Shown here in pieces: positions 1 to 12,138 of a DNA stretch of 64,000 nucleotides. Source of the stretch: Flectonema sp. DT1601. Taxonomy: Eukaryota. The position numbers and the translations under genes were made by a program. A model generated the notes under the pieces. That model did not search any database. It was not told the DNA's origin and worked only from the letters and a program-made list of their open reading frames with translations. The DNA is taken from NCBI GenBank assembly GCA_964019425.1, contig OZ025804.1, positions 310,001 to 374,000 on the forward strand. Direction: 5' to 3'. The stretch's first letter is position 1. Each line of letters opens with the position of its first letter.

Positions 1-259
1 GATTGGCAAGAACAAGCATAACAGGAGGCGCCACAGGGGCTGAACGTACCACTCCGTCCTCACGGGGAAGACCTCTAGACAGCAAGGCCTAATGCTAATC
101 TGCCATCCGCATCCAAGGATTGGTCCTCTGTCTATCTTGTACAGAAAGAAGCACAGCTTCGGGCCGAATTTCGAAACCTGAGCACATGGGATGTTCAAGA
201 GAAGGCCAGTAGCCTAAACATCGGACATGGGGGAATTAACACGCCGGGTCTCGTGTAGC

Positions 260-640
260 ATATAATTAAGGTTCAAATCAGGTCGATAAAAATAAAAATT
301 GAGTTCCCTTTTCATCCCCCACTCAACTCAGAGGGAAACCCTGGTTATGGATTGCTCAATGCACGGAATTACTTATAATTTTTGCGAGCCCTCCTAACAC
401 ACCCCTTGTTTTCACCCCCCTCAGGTACCACACGGTCCACACTTTTTGAGATTTTTCAAAGACTTGCTCTAAAGTGCCGAAGAACTGTTTCTTTGGATCG
501 CAATCCCCATTTTTGGGGTATATGTTGCAGTTTTCATAATTTGGGTGCCCAAAAAACTTGTTCTCCGGAAAAAAACCGAAAGTGCCCAAAATCTCCGTAA
601 AATCGATGCTTGTACCCCCCCCTACCCCCCCCCCCCCCCT
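260..640. repeat. Unclassified repeat or transposon-end-like non-coding segment ending in a C-run
   Basis: No credible ORF; recurrent gtgcccaaaa-type motifs; ends in ccccccctacccccccccccccc, which abruptly cuts the adjacent retroelement-like reading frame. No partner end is visible. Confidence 0.3.
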
Positions 641-1999
641 CACAGCTGAAACATCCATATTAGGTGTAGGGGCCCACATGTGGTGGGGAAGATATCTCCT
701 CCTTCGTTGTGGGGATGCACGTGCTCTAAGTTCCAGCACACTGGCATTGCCAAGTGAGTCTTCCTTCATGTCTTGCCCCCTTGCCCAATCCACCAGGTCG
801 AAACTTGTCATTGGCGTTGCCTGTTCCAGTGGTATTGCCGCTCCATTCGCCCTCAGTGCTGCAGCTAAGCTCAACAGAGGTCCGTTTTCTATTCCGATTC
901 TCCCCATCTCTCCTGTTTCTCTGTCTGAATTTGCTTCCATCTCCCTTCCGGGGGATCCTCGGGCTGCAGGTTTTATATTGTTGTCCGGGCCTGAACTTAT
1001 GGATCTTCTTAACCTTGTTCGTAGTCGGCCGTCCTTCAATACCTGTTTTGAGCGCTTCTGCATAAGTCTTGCTGGTTTCCTTAAATACTTCAACCTTGGT
1101 AATGGGAGTGTTTCTAATACTTGCATATTCCTGTACTCTAACCTTCGTCTTGGGAGTGCTGTTGTTACTTGCAGGGTCTGGTCGGCTGGTCACTTCGCGA
1201 ACCCTCTCCTGTTTCCCAATGCTGGGTATGTGGAAACAGACACCTTCCCCCCTTTCCATTTTGGTTGCTGCAGCTTCACATGTTTGTTCCTCTTAGCTAT
1301 GGCGTTTGCCTTCTCCAACGGGTCTTCCGATGCCACTTTCATTATCATCTCCAGCTCGGATCTCTTCGTCCCATCCTTGCAGAAGTAATGCTGAATCCGC
1401 AGCTGCTCCAACAAAACCTAGCTCTACGAAGTGGGGGTTTTCTTCCCACACGCTACTACATATTCGAACCCGAGTATAAAGTTTTTCAATTGCTTGAAAT
1501 AACTGAGAAGTTGGCTTCCCCCAACTTTGTATTCGAGGCTGTTAACATACCTCTCTCTGATCCCGTGTGCCGTCCTTCCCGAACTCATTACTGCTGCCCA
1601 TCTTTTTACATCTCTGGCTGCAGATGGGTCGGTCACCTCCTGTGTTGCTTCTTCTTCTTCCGTCTTTGGTGCTTGAGGTACTGCTACTGGCCCTTGCTGA
1701 GTTGTGGTAGACCTCTTCTTCAGACCCGCTAATTCCTGCATGATACCTTGTATCACGGCTGCCTGTTGTTCCTGATGGGCCTGCTGTTGTTGATTGATAC
1801 TCTGGAACAATGCTGTATTCTGGTCCTGCTGATCTTGTTGTTGCTGTTGTAGAACCTGTTGCTCTTTGAATGCTTCCCACATGCCCCCGATGTTCTCAGC
1901 TTTCTCGGCGTGTGTTTGATCACTGGCACTCACACAGTCTCAACAGGTGTTTGATAACTGCGATTGAATGTAAACCTTTTAGTTTTGAAATGTCTGTCT
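641..1999 (-). mobile_element. Degenerate retrotransposon-like fragment (gag-like ORF plus overlapping frames; possibly DIRS/TATE/VIPER-type)
   Basis: ORFs 1933-1424, 1414-1190 and 1126 onward share one frame broken by TAG, TAG and TGA. Q-rich coiled-coil N-terminus; overlapping frame 1259-726 contains KTYAEALK. GC content is higher than the flanks. It replaces the 3' end of the LRR gene at ~2000. No RT or recombinase catalytic motif is visible. Confidence 0.45.
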
Positions 2000-3430
2000 G
2001 GATGAACAAAAATATAAAAATTTGTCTCCAACAACTGAAACATTGCTGAGACTTGATAAGTCCACAGATGACAGTGAATAGCAATGTTTGAGGAAATTAT
2101 TACCAACAGATGTGACGTATTGAAGACCAGGAAGGCTGACCTTTATAACCTTACAAGATGAGTATAAGAAATCATTCGAAACGGTCGTGACTGAGGGTTC
2201 AGAGTTGCTGAATGAGATGTTCGTAACATCATCCGAGAACCACTCACTGTTAAACTGAAGACAGCCATCCACAGCGAATGTGGGAGTATCAAGGCAGAAA
2301 AACCCGTCCTGATCCCGTTCTCCTCGTGGGAATGCCTTCGCTCTCTTTGCAGCATCTGTGAACCATTCCAATCCAAACAAGCGCACCACAGATGCATCCA
2401 ACAGCGAGCCGTCCTCCACTCCGTGCGACACCAGTCGACTACCTGCTCGAGTACAATTACTTAGAAAACAATCTCCTACAGCTGAAACATTGCTGAGACT
2501 TGATAAGTCCAGAGATGTGGGGGATGAACAATTATTTAGAAAACCATCTCCAACAACTGAAATATTGCTGAGACTGGATAAGTCAACAGATGTGAGGGAT
2601 GAACAATAATTTAGAAAATAGTCACCAACAGCCGAAACATTGCTGAGACTTGATAAGTTAACAGATGTGAGGGATGAACAATCACTTAGAAAATAGTCAC
2701 CAACAGCTGAAATATTGCTGAGACTTGATAAGTTAACAGATGTGAGGGATGAACAATCACTTAGAAAATAGTCACCAACAGCTGAAATATTGCTGAGACT
2801 TGATAAGTTAACAGATGTGAGGGATGAACAATCACTTAGAAAATAGTCACCAACAACTGAAACATTGCTGAGACTTGATAAGTCTACAGATGACAGTGAA
2901 TTGCAATCTCTGAGGAAATTGTTACCAACAGATGTGACGCATTGAAGACCAGGCAGACTGACCTTTATAACCTTACGAGATGAGAATAAGAAATCATCCG
3001 AAACGGTCGTGACTGAGGGTTCAGGGTTGCTGAATGAGATGTTCGTAACATCATCCGAGAACCACTTTCTGTTACTAAACTGAAGACAGCCATCCACAGC
3101 GAATGTGGGAGTATCAAGGCAGAAAAACCCGTCCTGATCCCGTTCTCCTCGTAGGAATGCCTTCGCTCTCTTTGCAGCATCTGTGAACCATTCCAATCCA
3201 AACAAGCGCACCACAGATGCATCCAACAGCGAGCCGTCCTCCACTCCGTACGACACCAGTCGACTACCTGCTCGAAGCAGCGATCCTGCGAATGAAAGCT
3301 CAAGAAAGTCAGCATCGGTACCCCACTCATCAGCTGCAACCTGCAATGCATCCTTCACGAGCGACTCTCCAGAAGCTGTGAAAACAACGTCAGGAAACCC
3401 TGTGTCTGGGAACGTAACCGAGAGTTGCAT
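1979..3430 (-). CDS. Ubiquitin-like domain + 25-aa leucine-rich repeat (BspA/LRR_5-like) protein; chimeric and 3'-truncated
   Basis: MQLSVTF... N-terminus resembles a UBL (LELSFAGSLL...LVSYGVEDGS). Repeats SSLTSVNLSSLSNISAVGDYFLSDC have a 75-bp period. The ORF restarts in frame at RAGSRL (2450 matches 3275). Near-identical to 61864-63111. Confidence 0.8.
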   Translation of the reverse strand: MQLSVTFPDTGFPDVVFTASGESLVKDALQVAADEWGTDADFLELSFAGSLLRAGSRLVSYGVEDGSLLDASVVRLFGLEWFTDAAKRAKAFLRGERDQDGFFCLDTPTFAVDGCLQFSNRKWFSDDVTNISFSNPEPSVTTVSDDFLFSSRKVIKVSLPGLQCVTSVGNNFLRDCNSLSSVDLSSLSNVSVVGDYFLSDCSSLTSVNLSSLSNISAVGDYFLSDCSSLTSVNLSSLSNISAVGDYFLSDCSSLTSVNLSSLSNVSAVGDYFLNYCSSLTSVDLSSLSNISVVGDGFLNNCSSPTSLDLSSLSNVSAVGDCFLSNCTRAGSRLVSHGVEDGSLLDASVVRLFGLEWFTDAAKRAKAFPRGERDQDGFFCLDTPTFAVDGCLQFNSEWFSDDVTNISFSNSEPSVTTVSNDFLYSSCKVIKVSLPGLQYVTSVGNNFLKHCYSLSSVDLSSLSNVSVVGDKFLYFCSSRQTFQN

Positions 3431-4515
3431 TTTAACTCGCCTGAGTAACCTACGAAATGTGATGATGAATGGCTTGGAGTATGATGAGATTAAAGAACGT
3501 GCAAAACATATTTCTTCAAACAGACTTTCTTTTTTTTTTGTTGCATAATTTAGTCCCAACCTATTGAGATTAACGCTGGGTTCTGATAATGTCATCTTCG
3601 CTGTTAAGTAAAAAGTGATAATTAAGTTTCGATTTCAATACCTCTCTCCAGTTAAAATATGAGTTTATTATAAAAAAAGTGCACTAAAATAAAATATAAA
3701 AAAGAAAAATTATAAAAACACATTGTTCTGCTGTTCCATAAGACACTTGTGGAATACGTAGTTTCAGTAGCCTTAATCTTATACTACTTGTCCCTCTTAG
3801 GCCTTCATCAGTAAGTTCTAGGGACTTCATTCCAGTTAAATAATAAATCGGATCCATCAATTGGTCTATTTCAAAAGAACTGATTCGTCGCTTACAGGGT
3901 TCCCCTTAGTTAGTATTAACAATTATCAGTCAATCAAAAGTTCCCCTTAATTAGTTAGTTTGATCTCGTTCGGTAACTCCTGTGAGGTGAAAGAAAATGA
4001 AGGTTAAGAGTCACCTCTGGTAGTCAGAAATCAGAAAACTCTTTTCGCTAAGTCGCTAGGGAATTCATGCTAGTTGATGTCATGTATACGATGCTGGATG
4101 ATGGGGAAAAAAAGAATAAAAGACTTACTCTTGCAACAGTTCTCTGGAAGTCCAATATCGCCAAAAACAATACAAGAAAAAAGAGGAAAAAAAAAAAAAA
4201 AACGAAAAAAAATATTGTGTTTGGCTTTGTTTTAATAATTAATGTTTCTTTACTTTTCAAAAAAAAAAAAAAAATAGAAATTTTGATCAGGAGAACAGAA
4301 CAGGGGTTTAAGTGATAAGATTATTTCTAACGTGTACGTAGCATCACTTTTTTTTTTCCTTACATAAATTTTTGACACCTCTCTCCATGAGAATAACTAA
4401 ACTCCAAATCTTCTTTCTCGAACGAGAATATATTTTTTTTTTCTTCCCTTCCCCCCCCAACAAAAGTACCTGATCTATCCTGGGGGCACACTATTATAAG
4501 ACCCCCTATGAGCAA

Positions 4516-4550
<35 letters not shown>

Positions 4551-4640
4551 TGAGAACAAAAAGTTATACTCTATGATTTAAGAAGTGGCAAATGCCGAAC
4601 CTGACTGCGCAACATCGAGAGTCAGCGAAATAATAGAAAC

Positions 4641-4671
<31 letters not shown>

Positions 4672-4866
4672 TTTCAGCTTCACGATAATTGAAGTGATCC
4701 TACTAAATTCCCAAGTGAAAACCTGGTGAACCTGTAAAGAGTACCAGTATTTGGTATTTAAAAACGAGTAGTTACCTGAGCGACGTCATTGTCGCCTACG
4801 AGTAAGGTACACCTGTCGGAAACCACCAACCGTGTTAAGAGAGACCGTCTGAAAGCTATAAGTACA

Positions 4867-7800
4867 TTAACAGCAGGTAAATCTAGAAATGAAAGCTTGA
4901 TGCTCAGGCGATAACGAACTTTGCAAGGCACTGGTCATAGATGCGTATTGCGGGTGTCGTTTCAACTCTTGCCACTTGAAGTTCAGAAATTGAGACGCAT
5001 CTGGTACATCACTACACACATCAGCCTCTTCTTTAACAGCACCCACAAGCGGGCAGTAAGCGTTTGTGTATCCATCTTCATACTGTGAGGAGATTGTGTT
5101 TTTAATAGAATTTTAAGAAGACGCAAATAAATAATTTAAAACATACCCTTTCCTTTAGACCTTCCGCAGTGTATACGTTGGCCTCAAAAGTAGTTCCTTC
5201 CTTGTCTTCAGCCTTTTCATTTAGGCAGAGAGAACATAAGGTTTTAACTGCCTGAACCCAAAGATCAGAATTGCCTTGCAAGACTTGTGATTCACAGATA
5301 AGTTTAGTTAGGGCGATCATGCATGCTTTGCGTGGGTGGGCTCCGATGATCTTTGTGATGTGTACGCACCATACATTTGTGAATACCATCGCCCAAAGTC
5401 CAGGCTGTAGACCATCGATCAAATTCAGGGTGTAATCTGCTCCCCTCTTGTGAATTAGTATCGAACAAAACAATAAAAACATTTTACAAAACTTTATTGT
5501 TTTCATGTTTGTCAATCTGTTGAACAGAATCCGCATGACGTCAGGCATCAGTTTCTCTGTCTCCGCTAATGGTACGTAGAGTGTAACTGCATTTAGAATG
5601 CAGAAGCCTTCATGATCGTACAACTTATTATTTGCTAGCATTTGAAAAATACCTAAAATTCGATTCAGCAGTCCGTCTTCCACGAGACGTTGCGGGACTT
5701 TCTCTATAAAAACTGTTTTTTTTTTTTAAATTTTATCTTGTTCATACTTATACCCCTTTTAAAGGAGTACAAGTATGCTTGTCTTATTTAATTAAACGCC
5801 ATCACAATTATAAAAAAAAAATAAAAAAAAATTGCAATACCAGTCAAAAACCTAATAATAGCCGGAATATTTCCCTTATTTTGATATAATTGTGGGGAGC
5901 ACAATGTGTCAACCTGTTTTTTTTTATTTTTTTTATTTTTTTTTTATACAAAACAATGAAAAAATAATGAATACAAACCAATTGATAATAACACTGTGGT
6001 ACATTACTTCTTGACTCCATCATCTGTGCGTAAATTTGAAATACGTACGGCATAAACTCCGCTACATCTTTCTGAAGAACTATTGCGAAAGGCTCAAAAA
6101 TTGCCTGCTCAATACACTCTACCTGCTTTGGGTTAAAACGAATGAGGCAGGATACAGATTCAAATAAATAATGGTTGTAAGAAGGATTGGAAGGGTTTCT
6201 AGTAACATGGCTTAAGATAGAAACTAACGGTTCTAAGAGGGGAGGGATTAAATGTCCTATAAGATCTTGACTTCTTCTAATGACCCTCATCACACACATT
6301 ATTAAATAATGGTTTTCTCTAATTGCCTTTCGAAGTGCAACAAACAAGTTTGTGAACAGAGTTGCTGCCAGTGGTGTTATAATCTCACGTGTGACTAGCG
6401 TCTCACCATTTTGGTCTCTCACAGTGAGTAGACGCTCAATAGCAGCAGCTGCGTAAGTCATGACTACTTCACTTGATGAAAGCACCCACTTACCTAACAA
6501 TTCAATACACGCTGGGTAATGCTCTTTTGGTATCTGATTTCTAAAAGTTGAAATAAACTTTATTCCATCCGCCTTCAGCAGCGGTGCTGCTGCCGTGGCT
6601 GTCTCGCAACCTTTACTCAACTCTGGTAAGATATGCTGAGTAAAGAATCCAACAATATCAATCTGATTTGTATATTGCACACCACTCATAACAACAGTGC
6701 TGTTGCTTTGTTTAATTGAGAGAGCAGTTGTGAGATAGATGGCAGCGTCTTTTGATTTCCACTCCGACTCATTGTTGGCGTAGGATTGAAGGAGAGAAGT
6801 GATGTGTTCCTGGAATATTGTAGAGACTGGTGTTTGATAATTCTTACACAGAGCGTGAGTGAATTCACAAGCAGTTCGTCGACGGGTATGCTGATCAGAC
6901 CCTTCGATGTCACGGCGTATATACTCTTCTGGTTCGTCTTCAAACATTTCGACATCTGACTGTCTGATTCTGATATTCGGAAGTATAATTTGATTACAGA
7001 CGGTGTGTAGTGTTTGCTGATCTTGGAATACTGTGTGTTTAAATGATTGAGCAGTCGCAGCCAAGAAATCCATCGCAGCAATCGCCAAGTCATCATCTCT
7101 CGGCCCATCAGTAAGCTTCGTGAGCATCATCCAGATTGCCTCTGCAAACCGTTCAAGGTAGTCTTCAAAGTCTTCGTCGAATTTTCGAAGGAAAACCGTC
7201 AACATTTCCGTTATCGTCGCCTTTGCCCTCGCCAGTATAGTAGGAGATTCTGACATGTCGTTGTTGAATAGTGGTGTTTCAAATTTCAAGACACTAATAT
7301 AACTCTGCATAAAGTGTGCCAAGTGAGTAGTAATAAAATCAGGCAAATCAAGACAGGTGAAGTCGAAAAACAAATCGATGCAACTATTGAACAAGATGAG
7401 GATTTCTGACAGAGTACCCGCCTGATGTGGTTTCAACAGCTCTCCAACAAGCCATTGCGTTACAGGAAGGAGAACTGGACCTACACAGTCGATACTTGGG
7501 ATGATTTCTTCACATAATTCTTCAGTCAATTCATGTGCTTCTCTATATCTACAAAAGACGCTGTGTAATATCGTAAGCACGCTAGACAGAAGAGCAACAT
7601 TCTGTGACTTGAAGGCAGCTTCAGCTCGGGATACCAGATCGGGAACGAGATGCGGCCAGCTAGTAGGGAAGTCACTTTTACAAATGATCGTCACTGCTTC
7701 ACTTAGGCAGTTTTGAACAGGACCCTTCTGTGCACTCAGTAGTGTAGCAGATATTTGATCTCTCACTGCAGTCTTATCCTGTTCTGGTAGAGTCCAGTCA

Positions 7801-8015
7801 CTAGTCACAGCCCAGTGTTCCTTCACAACATTTTTTAGAAAGATTGCTGCTGCTATTTGGACGTCTTCTCCGCAGTTGGTGTTTCCCAGAACTTGGACAA
7901 CGACACGCAAGAAACCGGCCTCTTTCTTGAGTCTGCTTAATTCATTCTCTGCACTGCTTCTCTTATTTATATCAGTTTCGCAAGAATGTAAAAATATCTG
8001 ACATGCTTGTTCCAT
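4867..8015 (-). CDS. CSE1: Exportin-2 / CAS (importin-alpha export receptor)
   Basis: Importin-beta N-terminal motif (AAAIFLKNVVKEHW; DFPTSWPHLVPDL) and Cse1 motifs FEDEPEEYIRRDIEGSDQHTRRR, NPSNPSYNHYLFES and EFMPYVFQI. Inferred exons 8015-5979, 5913-5841, 5712-5147, 5082-4867 join in frame with GT-AG introns. Confidence 0.95.
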
Positions 8016-8265
8016 TTTTCTTTTTTAATTTTTATTGTGATCTGGTTGGTTGAGATAGAAATAACAATCTCCACTTCTTAACCATGACATTTATCAAACT
8101 CTACTGGTCGTTTAGGTGCAATCTGAAAACGAAATGAAGATAAAAATGCAAGCAATAGAGGGGGCTGTACATCTTAAGGAATTCTATAATATAATAAACG
8201 TAACCGCAATACGATAATACAATCGTATCGTTTCATTATTCTAAACGACAAAATCAACACGTGAC

Positions 8266-9036
8266 CTACAGCGCCCCGAGCACTCCTACCACTGCTGCGA
8301 ACAAGTAGTAGTTGTAACAAGATAATAAAAGAACCGGCCAGACAATCGAAACTGTCGGCAAAATTAAAAAGATTGGGGGAACTGAAGTTGGGAGAAAGTC
8401 GCAAGCAGCCCACAAAACATAATTCGGAAGTTCATAAAAAAAAATAAAAGGACCTCCAAACAATATGGTGGCGAACTTATATACTGCACCATCAGTTGAT
8501 GCAAACTGTGATGTAATGTTACTTTTAAATATGTGATAGCGAGGACCTTCTTCTTCAACACCCACAACACATTTAGACGCGTGCAGTAATCCTTTTAACA
8601 AATGTGTAACAGCTGTAAGAGAGTCAGATTCTAAAGACAGTTTTTTCTCAATCGCGAGTAAGGTGTCAGTTTGAAAAGATACAAGTTTCAATGTCTGCCC
8701 ACATGCGTTTTGAGAGTCCGGAATGTTAGAAACTCCGAGTCTGCAGGTAGGAATGAAATGCATTGCCGGCCATCCACTTTTCCCCTTTGCCCCACAATAT
8801 GGCGGCTGTTCCCATTTCAAGCATTCATATTGTAAAGCGTTTATCATATTTCCAACTTTTTCACTCACTCTTGTTCGATATGCTTCGAGATCCTCTCCAC
8901 TCATTTCCGCCAATCCCTTCGGCCATTCTGTAATTTCTACCTTCAGTGACTTCTTCATCTCTGTCTCACAATCATAATAGCAAACCAGAGTGAGGGCCAG
9001 CGATGCGGCAAGCGAATACAACAGTTTAAGCATCAT
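8266..9036 (-). CDS. Hypothetical membrane/secreted protein (signal peptide, hydrophobic C-terminus)
   Basis: 256-aa ORF with a hydrophobic N-terminus and 2-3 C-terminal hydrophobic segments; A-run before the ATG as in neighbouring genes. Confidence 0.65.
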   Translation of the reverse strand: MMLKLLYSLAASLALTLVCYYDCETEMKKSLKVEITEWPKGLAEMSGEDLEAYRTRVSEKVGNMINALQYECLKWEQPPYCGAKGKSGWPAMHFIPTCRLGVSNIPDSQNACGQTLKLVSFQTDTLLAIEKKLSLESDSLTAVTHLLKGLLHASKCVVGVEEEGPRYHIFKSNITSQFASTDGAVYKFATILFGGPFIFFYELPNYVLWAACDFLPTSVPPIFLILPTVSIVWPVLLLSCYNYYLFAAVVGVLGAL

Positions 9037-9472
9037 TTTTGTATCCTGTTTAAGTAGTTTTAGTTTCCGTACCTGGCAATCTATTTAAATGTTGCGGATA
9101 GACAGTTGACCCATATCAGTAAATTAAAACAGATCAAAGTGATGAATTCCATTTCTGTGTGTCCTCTACACACACAGGTAGCTTCGTACGGTGTTGTGCC
9201 CTCTACACACACACAGGTACAGCTTTGTACGGGGTTATCTCTCTTTTTTTCTCCTCATCTCCCGGGTCGCAACAGATGTCAGCAGAGCAACAAGAGAGTA
9301 ACTAAAGATGAATTAAGAACCCGACAGAGTTGCTTACAACATGTGGGATTCTTAGCAGATGACATGCAACTGAACTTTTTATTCTTATCTTTTGATGAGC
9401 TCCACGGTGGGTCACAAAAGTGACGTCTCCTTCAGTCTGGTTGTTGAAATACTCTTCAGTGACGTGATGATA

Positions 9473-9996
9473 TCAAACAGTCTTCTTCTTCAATTCGAGA
9501 AGTAGACCTTCACAACCCTTCAGTCGAGAGACAGCTTCTTTACGAACTGCTCTCATGTCATTGCGAGCTTCTTCTTCATGTACTTCAGTGTTGAGGAGAG
9601 GGGTACCGTCTATTTTGGTCAACTCTTTGAGAAGTAATTCCAAAAGGCTCTCGATCTCCATTGCATGCGACTGTGAGATGTTTTCCAACTGTAGTTCTGA
9701 CACCTGTTTTTTTTATTTTTATAATCGATTCCGATGATCAATCAAAAATATATATTTAAGAAAAGGAAAGGAAATACCTGTTTTTCAATATTTCCAATGC
9801 TGGCAAAGTTGTCCGACAACTGTACTCGCATAGCAGCTGTCGGTGAGATGTCACAAATTGTAGCGGCTTGGTGTTCTTCGTCATCCTCTTCATCTTTCTT
9901 TGATAAGCAACTCTTTATACCAATCAATCCTCCAACAGCAACGAGAGCAACGCATCCCATAAAGGGGATGCTTTCCTTGTTCACTACCAACTGCAT
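9473..9996 (-). CDS. BAG-domain Hsp70 co-chaperone-like protein with an N-terminal membrane anchor
   Basis: Exons 9996-9778 and 9703-9473 (intron GTATTT...AAAAAACAG). C-terminal LLELLLKELTKIDG...MRAVRKEAVSRLK matches the BAG pattern; N-terminal TM FMGCVALVAVGGLIGI. Confidence 0.7.
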
Positions 9997-10476
9997 ACTT
10001 GTGTTTATGCTTATCAATAAAATTAGTTACAGACTATCACACAAACCAGAAATGAGTCAGGCACGTAATAATTAAATGCTGCGGATAAGAAGTAAAAGTA
10101 AGTAAATAAAAGAAAGAATACTAAGATGCAATGTGAAGGGGGGAAGGGATGCAATTGCACCTTCCCACTCATTTCTTGTTGTTTTTGCTTTCTTTCATTT
10201 TGTTTCATTTTTTTTTCTTCTTCCTTTCTTTAACGAATTCTTTTTTTTTCTTCTTTCTCTGCTTTTCTTTTTCCCTCATTTGTTTTTTTATTTCGTATCA
10301 TAAATGCTGTCCTTTGTAGGTGGCTTGCTCACATCGGGATAGGGGATTTTGAACAACAGAAGGTAAGTCAAAGGAGCAAAGATTGCCTAAGACGAAAGTA
10401 AATGTGAGCAGTTAATTTTCTATTTTTCGAAATTACTGAATAATGCTGCTATCTGTCTTACCTTTCACAACCTTCA

Positions 10477-12138
10477 CTAGAAAGAGGGCATTTCAACTAA
10501 CCCGTGACCGTCGCTGCTTTCTTCCTCTTCGCAGTCGTCTGCGTCCTCGCTTCCCTCAAGGTATTCAGCGTTTTCATCTACCTCCTCGTATTCTGGGAGT
10601 AGGGCTTCTAAAGAATCTTTCTTAGCTTTGTTATTATTTGATTGAAGGTGTTGCACAGCGTCATTTATTGAGAATTGAAATTGCCTCAGAGCACGAGATG
10701 CGTCGACTGGATCACAATCAGTTTCAGCGACAACTCTGTCTCGTAACCTCGGATCGAGTGACTTCGCTAAGTTTTGAATATCAAATCGAAGGCCACGTTG
10801 CTTGCCATCTTCCATCTTACTGATATCTGATTCCGGCATTGGAGTTAAGTCTGTAGTTCTAATCCATTGTCGTTTTCCAGAGATATCTATGAGGTACTTA
10901 GGAATCGGTTGACAAAGGGGAAGGGTCACCACACCGCAAAATTCCGGTCTTCGCTCCGTTTTCTTACGAATCTCAATAATAACCGAAGGAATTACAAGAC
11001 CTGGATTATCAATACATCGAACTCTTCCGAGCTGTCCCGGGAGTAGTTCTGGTTCTGCTGTTAGTAGAAAATCAACAACAGAGGAAGTCATTATATTGTA
11101 GGCAGAGTTCCTATTCATTCGCATCCACTGCATGAGGAATAGCGAAGCAGCTCTCTTTGCGGCAACCTTTAAATCATAAGTACTAATGTACATATCAGAA
11201 CTATTGTGAACCGTTCGCACTGCGAGCATCTTCGATTGATCTCTTGAGAGAGAAACAGCGAGACATCCGCTAGAATATGGTTCCGGTGATCCAATGGCGA
11301 CACGACGTTTCCAGTTGCAGTGTTTTGGTCTGTATCCCCATAGAATGCAGGTACCAGAGGAATATCCGATGGCTATTTCGCTTTCTCTCATATCAAAACA
11401 AGTAGGGTAGCCTTCAGAATCATTGTGTTGGAATTCACCTTCCATGTAACCAGCTTCAAGATTTAACACACTGACCTTAGCCATTGAAATTACTCCAAAC
11501 TTCTCATCGTGACTGACGGCAAAGAAAGGAACTGCCGCGGTGTCAGTCGTTGTATCGACGAATGTCATAAGTCCAGACAAGGCTTCAGGTCCGATGTCTA
11601 AGTCCCAGGTCACTACAGTAGCTCTACGAGTGTTTGCGTAAATCCGATTATTATGGGTAGCTACGGCAACAACGTGATTTGATGCATCTTGTTTAGAATG
11701 ATCACCGAATAACAATTGTTCTTCACAATCATCTTCTCCTGTTCTATTGATATTCCACAATGTAACACCACCGTCGTTATCACAAATTATAACTCTTTCA
11801 TCATCGATCATTGCTACCGCAGTAATAGTATGACTCGTACTACGACTGTTTTCAGTAGTATGACGTGCTCTAACCTTATGACTGTCAACATCAATTACAG
11901 TTACTTGTGGTTTCGCGACTACTAGTGTTCCACCATCGTCATTCATCCACAGCGGTCCTTTAGTAATACTTTTATCACCTTCTATGGATCCGTCAAGAGT
12001 CATCTTGGTTGCCATCTCGAACACATTTCCCTTTCCGCAGGAGTCAAAGCTGAGTAATCGGACACCTCCTTTCGCAAATAACGCAGCCTTTACGGGATTC
12101 ATGTGTGCCGGACCAACGTCTCGGCTGATTAGCGACAT
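10477..12138 (-). CDS. WD40-repeat protein with a C-terminal UBA-like segment
   Basis: WD-like units (DNDGGVTLWN, RRATVVTWD, YSSGTCILWG). C-terminal VVAETDCDPVDASRALRQFQFSINDAVQHL resembles a UBA; acidic tail. The start at MSLISR is inferred. Confidence 0.75.
   Translation of the reverse strand: MSLISRDVGPAHMNPVKAALFAKGGVRLLSFDSCGKGNVFEMATKMTLDGSIEGDKSITKGPLWMNDDGGTLVVAKPQVTVIDVDSHKVRARHTTENSRSTSHTITAVAMIDDERVIICDNDGGVTLWNINRTGEDDCEEQLLFGDHSKQDASNHVVAVATHNNRIYANTRRATVVTWDLDIGPEALSGLMTFVDTTTDTAAVPFFAVSHDEKFGVISMAKVSVLNLEAGYMEGEFQHNDSEGYPTCFDMRESEIAIGYSSGTCILWGYRPKHCNWKRRVAIGSPEPYSSGCLAVSLSRDQSKMLAVRTVHNSSDMYISTYDLKVAAKRAASLFLMQWMRMNRNSAYNIMTSSVVDFLLTAEPELLPGQLGRVRCIDNPGLVIPSVIIEIRKKTERRPEFCGVVTLPLCQPIPKYLIDISGKRQWIRTTDLTPMPESDISKMEDGKQRGLRFDIQNLAKSLDPRLRDRVVAETDCDPVDASRALRQFQFSINDAVQHLQSNNNKAKKDSLEALLPEYEEVDENAEYLEGSEDADDCEEEESSDGHGLVEMPSF

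Noticed and set aside
1190..1426. Stop-codon reassignment suggested by in-frame TAG/TGA
   Set aside because: The stops are confined to a decayed element; conserved host genes have no in-frame stops and end with TAA, TAG or TGA.
9158..9235. ~40-bp imperfect tandem duplication (cctctacacacacaggta...)
   Set aside because: Only two copies around a CA run; ordinary slippage.
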